Part shown: positions 29,992-38,726 of the stretch, in pieces
How the letters are laid out: each line of letters starts with the position of its first letter
Position numbering within the stretch: the first letter of the stretch is position 1
NCBI GenBank assembly: GCA_003022565.1
Contig: PXTN01000131.1
Location: forward strand, 1,108-65,107
Direction of reading: 5' to 3'
DNA from: Bacteroidetes bacterium QS_3_64_15
Lineage (GTDB): Bacteria; Bacteroidota; Rhodothermia; Rhodothermales; Salinibacteraceae
Length of the DNA stretch: 64,000 nucleotides
The notes under the pieces: model-generated
Seen by the model: the letters and a program-made list of their open reading frames with translations, nothing else
Databases searched by the model: none
Told to the model about the DNA's origin: nothing
Made by a program: the position numbers and the translations under genes

Positions 29992-30532
29992 GACGGCTCC
30001 CAGCGGCGCCGGTAAAACGACCATTGCCCACCGCGTGCTGGAGGCAATGCCGGCGATGAAGTTCTCCGTGTCGGCCACCACACGCTCGCCCCGCCCCGGC
30101 GAGACCGACGGGGAGGACTACCATTTCCTCACGCCGGAGGAATTCCGCGCGCAGATCGAGGCCGGCGGCCTTCTGGAGTACGAGGAGGTCTATCCGGACC
30201 AGTTTTACGGGACCCTTCGCTCGGAGGTAGAGAACCGATCGGAAGATGGACCCGTGTTGCTCGACATTGACGTGAACGGGGCCCTTAACGTCAAGCGCAG
30301 TTTCGGCGACGAGGCCCTGGTACTGTTCATCGCCCCGCCTTCGCTCGATGAACTGAAGCGCCGACTCAAGGGGCGGGGCACCGAAAATCGAGAATCGCTC
30401 CAGGACCGCCTCGATCGGGTCGAACAGGAGATGGAAAAGGCCGACGACTGTGATGCGGTCGTCGTGAATGATGAGCTGGACGTAGCAGTGGAGGAAACTC
30501 TGGCCCGAATCCGCCGGTTTTTGGGCCTGTGA
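29990..30532 (+). CDS. gmk: Guanylate kinase; native start codon not identifiable
   Basis: TAPSGAGKTT, SVSATTRSPRPGE.DG.DYHF, YGT, FIAPPS..EL..RL..RG; no in-frame ATG before the P-loop (in-frame TTG at 29897, CTG at 29990). Confidence 0.85.
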   Translation: MTAPSGAGKTTIAHRVLEAMPAMKFSVSATTRSPRPGETDGEDYHFLTPEEFRAQIEAGGLLEYEEVYPDQFYGTLRSEVENRSEDGPVLLDIDVNGALNVKRSFGDEALVLFIAPPSLDELKRRLKGRGTENRESLQDRLDRVEQEMEKADDCDAVVVNDELDVAVEETLARIRRFLGL

Positions 30533-30606
30533 AGCGTGGTTCGTGATGCGTGAACGAACGCCGATCGCATGTTCTCACGATTCACGTTTCACGTATCACG
30601 ATCCAC
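30529..30606. repeat. Inverted heptamer hairpin between gmk and rpoZ
   Basis: gtgaag cgtggtt cgtgatg cgtgaac ... tcacgat tcacgtt tcacgta tcacgat. Confidence 0.85.
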
Positions 30607-30671
30607 ACCGGCGGGTGCACGACTGCAGGACTGCCCACTATCTTCTTCCAAAGCAGAATCCCTTTTTTATC

Positions 30672-30962
30672 ATGGCAATCGAAACGCTCGACATCGACGA
30701 GCTGGCCAACCGAACCGGCAATCTTTACGAAACGGTGGCCATCCTGTCGAAGCGCTCGCGGCAGGTGGCCTCCGACACGCGGTCGGACCTCGAGGAAGAC
30801 CTGTCCGACTTCGAAGGCTTCGGCCCGGAGATGGAGGACGCTCGCATGCAGGAGGAGCAGGCGAAGGTCTCCCTCGAGTACGAGAAGAAGCCCGAACCGA
30901 CGGAAATCGCCATCGATGAATTTCTCGGAGACAAGATTTACTACAGGAATCCCGACGAGTAG
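30672..30962 (+). CDS. rpoZ: RNA polymerase omega subunit (Bacteroidota type)
   Basis: TGNLYETVAILSKRSRQ...YEKKPEPT..AIDEF...IYYR; gmk-rpoZ-coaBC order. Confidence 0.88.
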   Translation: MAIETLDIDELANRTGNLYETVAILSKRSRQVASDTRSDLEEDLSDFEGFGPEMEDARMQEEQAKVSLEYEKKPEPTEIAIDEFLGDKIYYRNPDE

Positions 30963-31137
30963 TCCTTCTGGGGCCAGGGACGCAAGTCCGCTCCGCGGTT
31001 CCGAACGGAATTGTCCCGGGAATTTTTCGAATTCGGCTGGCGATGGGCCCTCCTGTCCTGCCCTTGGCCGCAGGACGGGCAGGGTCGCCGACCAGGGGTT
31101 CTGTTCCGGTCGCCTGTCTTCCTGACCGTCCCGTTTC

Positions 31138-32406
31138 ATGAGTGCCTCCCTCCCCGATCTGTCTGGGCGTCACGTGGTGCTGGGCGTCACGGGCAGCATC
31201 GCGGCGTACAAGTCCGCGTTGCTCGTGCGGCTGCTGAAGAAGGCCGGGGCTGAGGTGCAGGTGCTGATGACGCCCGGCGCCGAGCGCTTCATTCCGCCGC
31301 TCACGCTCGGGACGCTGTCGGAAAAGGAGGTGCTCACGGAGATTTTTCCGGAGAACGAGGAGGGGTCGTGGACGAAGCACGTGGCCCTCGGTCAGTGGGC
31401 GGACCTCTTCGTCGTCGCCCCCGCCACGGCCCAGACGATCGCCAAGCTGGCCCACGGCTTCTGCGACTCGATGCTCACGGCCACAGCCCTCTCGGCGCGC
31501 TGTCCGCTGCTGGTGTGCCCGACGATGGATCGGGACATGTACCGGCACGCCGCCACCCAGGACAACCTGGAGCGGCTCCGCGAGATCGGCTACGCGGTGA
31601 TGCCCGCCGAGCACGGCGAGCTCGCGAGTGGGCTCGTGGGAAAAGGCCGGATGCCGGAGCCCGAGGCCATCCTGGAGCGCGGGGCCGAGATGATGGGCGA
31701 CGAGCACAAACCCGCCGCGGACCGCGCCTCTGATTCCGACACCTTTCCCCTCACCGACACCGAGGTGCTCGTCACCGCCGGCCCTACCCGAGAGCCGCTT
31801 GATCCGGTTCGCGTCCTCACGAACCCGTCGACCGGCACGATGGGCTACGCGCTGGCCGAGGCGGCGGCGCGGCGCGGCGCCTCCGTGACCCTCGTGAGCG
31901 GCCCCACCACGCTCGATCCCCCACCGGGCAGTGAGGTCTTGCACGTGCAGACGGCCGAGGAGATGAATGAGGCCGTGCAGGCCCGGCGCGACACTGCCGA
32001 CTACGTCTTCATGGCGGCCGCTGTGGCCGACTACACGCCCGCCGACCCATCGTCGACGAAGCGTAAGAAAGAAGACACAGACGAGGATCTCGCCTTGCAC
32101 CTCTGCCGGACCCCCGATATTCTGAAGACGCTCGGCGCGTACAAGCGACCGGACCAGGTGCTCATCGGCTTTGCGCTGGAAACGGACGACGCCCTCGAGA
32201 ACGCGCGGCACAAGTTGGAGGAGAAGAATCTTGACTGGATTGCAGTGAACAACCCAACGGAGGAGGGCGCTGGCTTCGGCCCCACAAACCGGGTGACGCT
32301 CCTCCGGCGCAACGGCCCGGCCGAGGAACTGCCGCTCATGCCCAAGGCCGACCTGGCAAAGGCCCTCCTCGACCGCGTCCTGATGAGCCACCAAGAACAG
32401 GGCTGA
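31138..32406 (+). CDS. coaBC: Bifunctional phosphopantothenoylcysteine decarboxylase/synthetase
   Basis: GVTGSIAAYK, HVAL, APATA, TAGPTREPLDPVR, STGTMG, AAAVADY, GFALET. Confidence 0.97.
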   Translation: MSASLPDLSGRHVVLGVTGSIAAYKSALLVRLLKKAGAEVQVLMTPGAERFIPPLTLGTLSEKEVLTEIFPENEEGSWTKHVALGQWADLFVVAPATAQTIAKLAHGFCDSMLTATALSARCPLLVCPTMDRDMYRHAATQDNLERLREIGYAVMPAEHGELASGLVGKGRMPEPEAILERGAEMMGDEHKPAADRASDSDTFPLTDTEVLVTAGPTREPLDPVRVLTNPSTGTMGYALAEAAARRGASVTLVSGPTTLDPPPGSEVLHVQTAEEMNEAVQARRDTADYVFMAAAVADYTPADPSSTKRKKEDTDEDLALHLCRTPDILKTLGAYKRPDQVLIGFALETDDALENARHKLEEKNLDWIAVNNPTEEGAGFGPTNRVTLLRRNGPAEELPLMPKADLAKALLDRVLMSHQEQG

Positions 32407-32514
32407 GGATTCCCTGCAGCACGACACGCGGCCACGCGTCGCTGCGCTGCTTCTCCTTGCCTTCGGCCCGGCCGAAAAGCTCCCATCCTCTTCCCCCTTA
32501 CCTCTTTCCACTCG

Positions 32515-33456
32515 ATGAAAACCCTTCTCCGCGAGCTACGAATCATTATCGAGCACGAGCGCGCGCTCCGCGGAGACTTCCTGCCTCTAACACCGGCGAC
32601 CGCAACGGACGAGCCCTCGCCCTCTTCGGAAACGAACACCGAGGACTCGTCGTCCCCGACGTCCGATGCCGAGTCTTTATCCTCCTCCACCCTCCCTGAC
32701 GACTCGGCATCTACTTCCGAGGATGCCGACGAGTTTCCGTCGTCAACGACTTCTTCCGACGATTCCTCCACCGATGAACCCATGCCCAATCGAGACCTTT
32801 TCGGCAATCAGGTCGATCCCACCGAGGACCCATCGCTCCCCCCCTGGAAGCGCGTCGAGTCGCTCATCCCCGACGACGCGTCCTACAAAGACGCCGAGAC
32901 CTTAGAGGAGGTGGAGCAGTCCCTCGCCGACACCGTGCTCGTCCCCATCGACGAGGAGCGCGAGAATCCGGTCTTCGGCGTCGGCGACCCGGAGGCCGAC
33001 CTCATCATCATCGGCGAGGCACCCGGGCGCGACGAGGACAAAGAGGGCGAGCCGTTCGTGGGCCGGGCCGGGAAGCTCCTCGACAAGATCCTCGACGCCA
33101 TCGACTTCGAGCGCGAGGAGGTGTACATCACCAACATTTTGAAGAGCCGGCCGCCACGAAACCGGAATCCGAAGGCGGCGGAGATCGACGCCCACCTCCC
33201 CATCCTCTACAAGCAAATCGGGCTCATCCGGCCCAAGATCATCCTCGCCGTCGGCAAGGTGGCCGGCAACACACTGCTGGACCGCAGCTCGTCGCTCTCC
33301 AATCTGCGGGATCAGGAGCACGACTTCTACGGCATCCCCCTGATGGTGACCTACCACCCGGCGGCGCTGCTCCGTAACTCCCAGTGGAAGCGGCCCACGT
33401 GGGAGGACGTGAAGCTGCTCCGCACCCGCTACGATCAGCTGACGGACGAAACTTGA
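32515..33456 (+). CDS. Uracil-DNA glycosylase family 4, cysteine-free, with Ser/Asp-rich linker
   Basis: [45 protein letters not shown]. Confidence 0.92.
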   Translation: MKTLLRELRIIIEHERALRGDFLPLTPATATDEPSPSSETNTEDSSSPTSDAESLSSSTLPDDSASTSEDADEFPSSTTSSDDSSTDEPMPNRDLFGNQVDPTEDPSLPPWKRVESLIPDDASYKDAETLEEVEQSLADTVLVPIDEERENPVFGVGDPEADLIIIGEAPGRDEDKEGEPFVGRAGKLLDKILDAIDFEREEVYITNILKSRPPRNRNPKAAEIDAHLPILYKQIGLIRPKIILAVGKVAGNTLLDRSSSLSNLRDQEHDFYGIPLMVTYHPAALLRNSQWKRPTWEDVKLLRTRYDQLTDET

Positions 33457-33557
33457 CGGGCCCCGTATCGGTCTTCTTTTCGGAGACGATGCCCCTGTTC
33501 GGTACTCCTTCGAGGCGGGTGCTGCGCGCCTCTCGGCCCAAGTCCTCACCGCTGTTC

Positions 33558-35147
33558 ATGGCTGATAGCGACGATTCGCAACGACTCAATATCGACGAGT
33601 CTTCCCGCTCGTCCTACCCCCTTGAAAAGATGCGAGGCGGCCAGGGGAAGCAGCAACGGGAACAGGCCGAGGCGGTCCACGAGCAGTCCGGTCGCGTGCC
33701 GCCCCAGGCCGTCGACGTGGAGAAGTCGGTGCTCGGCGCCATGCTCATCGAGCGGGAGGCCATTCCGCAGGTCATCGAGATCCTTCCGCCGGAGGCCTTC
33801 TACGACGGCAAGCATCAGAAAATCTACGAGGCCGTCCAGGACCTCTTCGAGCGGGGCAATCCGGTCGATCTCGTCACGCTAACCGAGGAGCTCCGGCGCC
33901 GCGACCAGCTCGAAGACATTGGCGGCGCCTACTACCTGACCGATCTCACTACGGAGGTCGCCTCGGCCGCCAACGTGGAGTACCACTCCCGCATAATCGC
34001 GGAGAAGTCGCTGCTCCGCAAGATGATCGAGACGATGACGACGGTTGTGCGCAAGGCGTACGACCCGGGAGCCGACGCCTTTGAGCTGCTCGACGAGGCG
34101 GAGAGCAAGATCTTCCGGATCTCGGACAACCAGCTCCGCAAGGCCGCCGCGCCGATGAACGAGGTGGTGAAGGACACCCTGGAGCGCCTCGAAACCATCC
34201 ACGACCAGGACACCGGCATCACGGGTGTACCCAGCGGCTTCCCAAAGCTCGACGACCTGACGAGCGGGTGGCAGGACTCCGACCTCATCATCATCGCGGC
34301 GAGGCCCTCCATGGGCAAAACTGCATTTTCTTTGGCATCTGCCCAAAACGCTGCGACACACCCTGAGCGGTCCACGGGCGTAGCGGTCTTCTCGCTGGAG
34401 ATGGGCGCGCAGCAGCTCGCCCAGCGCATGCTCACCTCGCAGGCCCGCGTGGACGCCCACAAGGCGCGCACGGGCCGCATGAAAGACGACGACTGGCATC
34501 GACTGGCCCGGGCGGCCGGTAGCCTCAGCGAGGCGGAGATTTACATTGACGACACGCCGGGGCTGAGCGTGCTGGAGCTGCGCGCCAAGTGCCGCCGCCT
34601 AAAGGCCGAGCACGACCTCGGCCTCGTGGTGGTCGACTATCTGCAGCTCATGCAGGCCTCCGGGGCCAATCTGCGGAGCGGCGCCAACCGCGAGCAGGAG
34701 ATTGCCCACATCTCGCGCTCGCTGAAGGGGCTTGCCAAGGAGCTGGACATCCCTGTCATCGCCCTCTCCCAGCTCAACCGCGCTGTCGAAAACCGCGGGG
34801 GCGACAAGCGGCCCCAGCTCTCGGACCTGAGAGAGAGCGGCTCGATCGAGCAGGATGCTGACGTCGTGGCATTCATCTATCGCGCTGAGCGCTACGGAAT
34901 TACGGTCGACGAGCAGGGCAACTCCACCGAGGGCATCGCCGAGATCATCGTGGGCAAGCAGCGGAACGGACCTATTGGCAGCGTCGAGCTCGCCTTCGTG
35001 AAGCAGTACGCCCGCTTCGAGCCGCTCACCCAGTACGATGAGCCGGGGGGCGGCCTGCCGCAGGGCGATGGCTCGGCGCCCATGGGGCCGGCCCCCAGCG
35101 GCGACGGGGACGGCGGCAACTCTTTCGAAGACGATGCGCCCTTCTGA
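33558..35147 (+). CDS. dnaB: Replicative DNA helicase
   Basis: PPQAVDVEKSVLG, AARPSMGKT, FSLEM, VDYLQL, LSQLNR, SDLRESGSIEQDAD, KQRNGP. Confidence 0.99.
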   Translation: MADSDDSQRLNIDESSRSSYPLEKMRGGQGKQQREQAEAVHEQSGRVPPQAVDVEKSVLGAMLIEREAIPQVIEILPPEAFYDGKHQKIYEAVQDLFERGNPVDLVTLTEELRRRDQLEDIGGAYYLTDLTTEVASAANVEYHSRIIAEKSLLRKMIETMTTVVRKAYDPGADAFELLDEAESKIFRISDNQLRKAAAPMNEVVKDTLERLETIHDQDTGITGVPSGFPKLDDLTSGWQDSDLIIIAARPSMGKTAFSLASAQNAATHPERSTGVAVFSLEMGAQQLAQRMLTSQARVDAHKARTGRMKDDDWHRLARAAGSLSEAEIYIDDTPGLSVLELRAKCRRLKAEHDLGLVVVDYLQLMQASGANLRSGANREQEIAHISRSLKGLAKELDIPVIALSQLNRAVENRGGDKRPQLSDLRESGSIEQDADVVAFIYRAERYGITVDEQGNSTEGIAEIIVGKQRNGPIGSVELAFVKQYARFEPLTQYDEPGGGLPQGDGSAPMGPAPSGDGDGGNSFEDDAPF

Positions 35148-35226
35148 GTTTGGAGCGCGGATTGCGGAGTTTGGAACAGCACCCGAGCTTCCGACGAATC
35201 CGCGTCCAAAAATCCGAATCCAAACT
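35146..35226. repeat. Inverted heptamer hairpin after dnaB
   Basis: tttggag cgcggat tgcggag tttggaa ... atccgcg tccaaaa atccgaa tccaaac. Confidence 0.75.
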
Positions 35227-35272
35227 AAAAAGCGCCGCTGTGCCGATTGCTGTCGGCAGCAGGGCGCTTGTT
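35227..35272. terminator. Terminator between convergent dnaB and tRNA-Cys
   Basis: AAAAAGCGCC...GGCGCTT imperfect stem. Confidence 0.55.
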
Positions 35273-35281
35273 TAGCGATTA

Positions 35282-35355
35282 TGGAGGTGACGGGCGGATT
35301 CGAACCGCCGTAGGAGGCTTTGCAGGCCTCTGCCTGACCACTCGGCCACGTCACC
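35282..35355 (-). tRNA. tRNA-Cys (GCA)
   Basis: GGTGACG acceptor, GAGGC-CTGCAAA-GCCTC anticodon arm, GGTTCGAATCC, CCA. Confidence 0.97.
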
Positions 35356-35434
35356 GAAATCCGTCTCGGTATTGCAATGGGGAGATTCCCCGTCGAGTTC
35401 CGTTTTCCGGGATCAGGGTTCCCGGACCAGAAAG

Positions 35435-35508
35435 CACGCCCGGCAGGATTCGAACCTGCGGCCTGCAGATTAGAAGTCTGCTGCTCTATCCAGCTGAGCT
35501 ACGGGCGC
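35435..35508 (-). tRNA. tRNA-Arg (TCT)
   Basis: GCGCCCGTAGCTCAGCTGGATAGAGC, GCAGA-CTTCTAA-TCTGC, GGTTCGAATCC. Confidence 0.97.
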
Positions 35509-35558
35509 AGGTCGAGTCTCGGGACAGGGTCGCGCTGATGAATTTTTAGGCGAAGCGG

Positions 35559-35633
35559 TCGGGGCGGCCGGATTTGAACCGGCGACCTCCTGCTCCCAAA
35601 GCAGGTGCGCTAACCGGACTGCGCCACGCCCCG
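35559..35633 (-). tRNA. tRNA-Pro (TGG)
   Basis: CGGGGCGTGGCGCAG, CCTGC-TTTGGGA-GCAGG, GGTTCAAATCC. Confidence 0.97.
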
Positions 35634-35663
35634 CGCGGAGGAGAGAGTAGAACGGAAGATCGT

Positions 35664-35816
35664 TCAGGTCAGCTCCTTGGCCTCCTCCAGTTCTTCTTCG
35701 ACGTCGTCGAGGGGGACGATCTTCTGACGAAAGCCGTAGTTGCCATCCTCTTTCTCTTCGGCAACGATGAGCTTCGCCATCTTGCGCGAGGCCGGTCCGT
35801 TGCTCTGATTTGCCAT
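35664..35816 (-). CDS. Small protein downstream of rpmG (DUF4295-like); below the ORF-track cutoff
   Basis: MANQSNGPASRKMAKLIVAEEKEDGNYGFRQKIVPLDDVEEELEEAKELT; K.I...K...G.Y.F...IV..D.V pattern and the Bacteroidota rpmB-rpmG-DUF4295 order. Confidence 0.75.
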   Translation of the reverse strand: MANQSNGPASRKMAKLIVAEEKEDGNYGFRQKIVPLDDVEEELEEAKELT

Positions 35817-35819
35817 GGC

Positions 35820-35984
35820 TTATTTTTTCTCTCGATGAAGGGTGTGCTTCTGAAGGACGGGGTTGTATTTCATGAGCTCGATGCGGTCGGAGGTGTTCTT
35901 CCGGTTTTTCGTCGTGTGGTAGCGCGACGTGCCCGGCTCCTCCGTGCACTCGAGTGTAATCTGAACGCGGTCACCTGTGGCCAT
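35820..35984 (-). CDS. rpmG: 50S ribosomal protein L33
   Basis: [10 protein letters not shown]...[33 protein letters not shown]. Confidence 0.97.
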   Translation of the reverse strand: MATGDRVQITLECTEEPGTSRYHTTKNRKNTSDRIELMKYNPVLQKHTLHREKK

Positions 35985-36073
35985 CGTGCTGGGGATTGGT
36001 TATTCCTGTCATCCTATCTCTTTGAAAGAAGTGCTACTGCGGCGGGGCTCGGGAGAGGCCCCTCGGTCTGTGC

Positions 36074-36310
36074 CTACACGTCGTAGCCCTGCTTCCGAGC
36101 CTCCTGCAAGACCGCCTGAATGCCCTTCTTGTTGATCGTCTTCAGGGTCTTGGAGGACACCTTCAGCGTGACGTGGCAGTCCTGAGAGGGAATGTAAAAC
36201 CGCTTCTCGTGCAGGTTGCGCTTGAAGCGGCGGTTGGTTTTCTGGTTAGAGTCCGACACGCTGTTTCCCGTGACGGGCCCTTCGCCCGTGAGGTCGTCTT
36301 TGCGAGACAT
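36074..36310 (-). CDS. rpmB: 50S ribosomal protein L28
   Basis: MSRKDDLTG...GNSVS.SNQKTNRRFKRNL...LKVSSKTLKTINKKG. Confidence 0.95.
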   Translation of the reverse strand: MSRKDDLTGEGPVTGNSVSDSNQKTNRRFKRNLHEKRFYIPSQDCHVTLKVSSKTLKTINKKGIQAVLQEARKQGYDV

Positions 36311-36483
36311 GGTGTTTTTTGGAATTAGTTCGCTCCCAACGTGATCACTTTCCGGCGGCATGTGAGGACGTGCACGCCAGATCGACGGGGTTGAAGAACA
36401 AGATCCGGGGCTTTGTTTGTGAAGACGGCGCAAGTTCACCGCCTTCTCCCGAAAAGTCCTCCAACTTCTTTTCGGCCTGTTGA

Positions 36484-37302
36484 CTAATGACCGTTTCCCG
36501 ATGGGGTTCCCCCCGGCAGGTGCGGCGTGATCCCCGGCGTCAGAAACTCGAATAGCGTGTCGCCCCGCAGGCCGAGGCGAAGTGTCTCGAGCGGGACGAC
36601 CTCTTCGGGGTGAATGTTGCCGAGGTTGACATTGGCCCCCTGGTGCTTGATTAGCCACGCCTGTTGCGTCTTATTTGGGGCTTCGAAAATGATGTCTTGC
36701 GGATCCAACCGGGCGAGGATCTCGTCGACGAGCCCGGTACGCACCTCTCCATTCGGACGGAAGAGGCCGGCCGTTCCCGCCTCCCGCGACTCGGCGGTAA
36801 CCTTCCAGCTCCCCGCCTTCAGCTCCGCCTGCATGAACTCCACCCAGCGGTACGGCGCCATCACGTCGCTTGCATCCTTCGAGCCTACTTCGCTTAGAAC
36901 AGTAAAGTCCTTCGCAAAGAGCTCGATGAATGCCAGCTTGTCTTCATGCTCCATCGAGACGGCGCCGGCGGAAATCTCGACGTGGTGCACGCCCAAGTCG
37001 TCGAGCAGGCGGCGATACTCATCCACCTGGTCGCGCAGAAAGTAGGCCTCGAAGAGCGTCCCCCCGAAGAAGAAGGGAATGCCCGCGTCCCGGTAGACGT
37101 CCAGTTTTTTCTCCAGGTTGGCCGTGACGGCGGCCGTCCCCCAGCCGAGCTTGGCGACGTCAATGATGTGGGCTGCCACGTCGAGTACATCTCCGACCTC
37201 TCGGGGGGACAGACCCTTGTCCAGCACGTGGGTAAGTCCCTGTTCGCGGGGCTTCTCGGGTCGGTCGGGGAGACCGATAAGGTCAAAAGCGTCGTTGAGC
37301 AT
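36484..37302 (-). CDS. comA: Phosphosulfolactate synthase (ComA family)
   Basis: KPREQGLTHVLDKG, KLGWGT, GGTLFE, EISAG, SEVGSKD, ESRE, IFEAP, VNLGNI, LETLRLGLRGDT. Confidence 0.92.
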   Translation of the reverse strand: MLNDAFDLIGLPDRPEKPREQGLTHVLDKGLSPREVGDVLDVAAHIIDVAKLGWGTAAVTANLEKKLDVYRDAGIPFFFGGTLFEAYFLRDQVDEYRRLLDDLGVHHVEISAGAVSMEHEDKLAFIELFAKDFTVLSEVGSKDASDVMAPYRWVEFMQAELKAGSWKVTAESREAGTAGLFRPNGEVRTGLVDEILARLDPQDIIFEAPNKTQQAWLIKHQGANVNLGNIHPEEVVPLETLRLGLRGDTLFEFLTPGITPHLPGGTPSGNGH

Positions 37303-37398
37303 GGGGGCGGGCGGAACGGCTGACGAGGTCGACAGGCACCGGAGGGTATTGTACGGGAGCCAAGCGGGGACCGGTCCGGCCTGGTACGGCAGACAGAC

Positions 37399-38658
37399 TC
37401 ACGCGTCCAGGTGCACGGCCCGGGCGGGCTCGATGGCAGCGGCCCGGGCCGCCGGGTACAGCGACGCGAGAACGCAGAGCCCAAAGGCCGCAGTGGCGAC
37501 GAGAACGACATCGAGAGGCTGGACCGCAACGGGATAGGCATCAATGAGAAACGACTCGGCCTGGGCCATGGGCACCACTTTGTAGTACTTCTGGAGGAAG
37601 ACGAGACCGAGGCCCAGAATCAGCCCACACCCGGTCCCCACCGCTCCGATGAGCGATCCCTCGAACAGAAAGATGCGACGCACGTCCGTCTGAGAGACGC
37701 CCATCGCCTGGAGCGCCCCGATGTCGCCCCGCTTTTCGATGACGACCATTGTGAGGGAGCCGACGATGTTGAACGCCGCTACGATGACGATGAGGCCAAG
37801 AATCGCCGAGGCGCCCCACTTCTCCAGCCGCATCACGTCGTAGAGCGACTTTTGGAGGTCGTACCACGTCCGCACGGTGTAGCGATCCGCGTCCAACTTC
37901 TGCTGGAGGGCCGCCTTCACGGCTCCGGCCCGTTCCAGATCGTCGAGGCGAAGGTCGATCCCCGTTACGCGACCGTCCGTGCGAAACAGCTGCTGGGCCT
38001 CGGATAGAGACACGAAGACGCGCTTCTCCTCCGAGGCCCCCCGTACTTGAAAGAGGCCCCGCACCTCGAACCGCCGGACGGGGGGACGCCCGAACACGTT
38101 CGTTAGCGTTTGCTCGATGGCAGGGGCCGACAGAAGCCCAACCCTGTCTGCCGACTGCGCTCCCCGTCCCGGAATGGTCCCCATCCGGCGTCCCAACGTC
38201 CGGTTCAGCACGATGCCAGGAGTCTCGTCCGCATTCGGCCTTAGATCGAAGGTGCCCACGGCCATCGTGGGCGCGGCGCTTTCCATCATTGAAGGGTCGA
38301 CGCCCCGAACGCGAATCACCTGATTGGATCCACTCGCGTCACGCCTCAGGAGGAGGGCCTTGCCTTCCACGTAAGGGGCTGCCGCCGTGACGTGTCTCGT
38401 CTCTCGGGCAATCCGGAGGAGCGAGTCGACATCGGCCACGCCCTGGCCCTGCGCGCTCACGACCCGGACGTGCGGGTCGAGCGAGACGAGGAGGTCCCGC
38501 ACCACGTCGTAGAACCCGTTCATCACCGAGAGGACGACAATGAGGGCCGCCACGCCGAGGGTCACGCCCGTCATCGAAATGCCGGTAATGATTGAAATGA
38601 GAGAAACCTCCCGGCGGCTCGCCAGATAACGCCGGGCAATCTGAAACCGGTAGTCCAC
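37399..38658 (-). CDS. Lipoprotein-releasing ABC permease (LolC/E family)
   Basis: IARRYL, GVAALIVVLSVMNGF, VAAFNI..SLTMVVIEK..DIGAL.AMG, YPAARAA. Confidence 0.93.
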   Translation of the reverse strand: MDYRFQIARRYLASRREVSLISIITGISMTGVTLGVAALIVVLSVMNGFYDVVRDLLVSLDPHVRVVSAQGQGVADVDSLLRIARETRHVTAAAPYVEGKALLLRRDASGSNQVIRVRGVDPSMMESAAPTMAVGTFDLRPNADETPGIVLNRTLGRRMGTIPGRGAQSADRVGLLSAPAIEQTLTNVFGRPPVRRFEVRGLFQVRGASEEKRVFVSLSEAQQLFRTDGRVTGIDLRLDDLERAGAVKAALQQKLDADRYTVRTWYDLQKSLYDVMRLEKWGASAILGLIVIVAAFNIVGSLTMVVIEKRGDIGALQAMGVSQTDVRRIFLFEGSLIGAVGTGCGLILGLGLVFLQKYYKVVPMAQAESFLIDAYPVAVQPLDVVLVATAAFGLCVLASLYPAARAAAIEPARAVHLDA

Positions 38659-38726
38659 GGCGGGCGTCGTCTATCGAGCGTCAGGCATCGGGCCGGAGGA
38701 GATAGGGTCTCTTGACGTAGAAACTG

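Noticed and set aside
30580-30602. GTTTCACGT within the heptamer repeats (also near 60357) as parS sites
   Set aside because: The second half of the palindrome is absent; the match follows from the TCACGNN unit.
35820-36310. Cys-poor L28 and L33 as a zinc-starvation paralog set
   Set aside because: They sit at the standard rpmB-rpmG locus, where zinc-free forms are common; no Zur-like context was seen.
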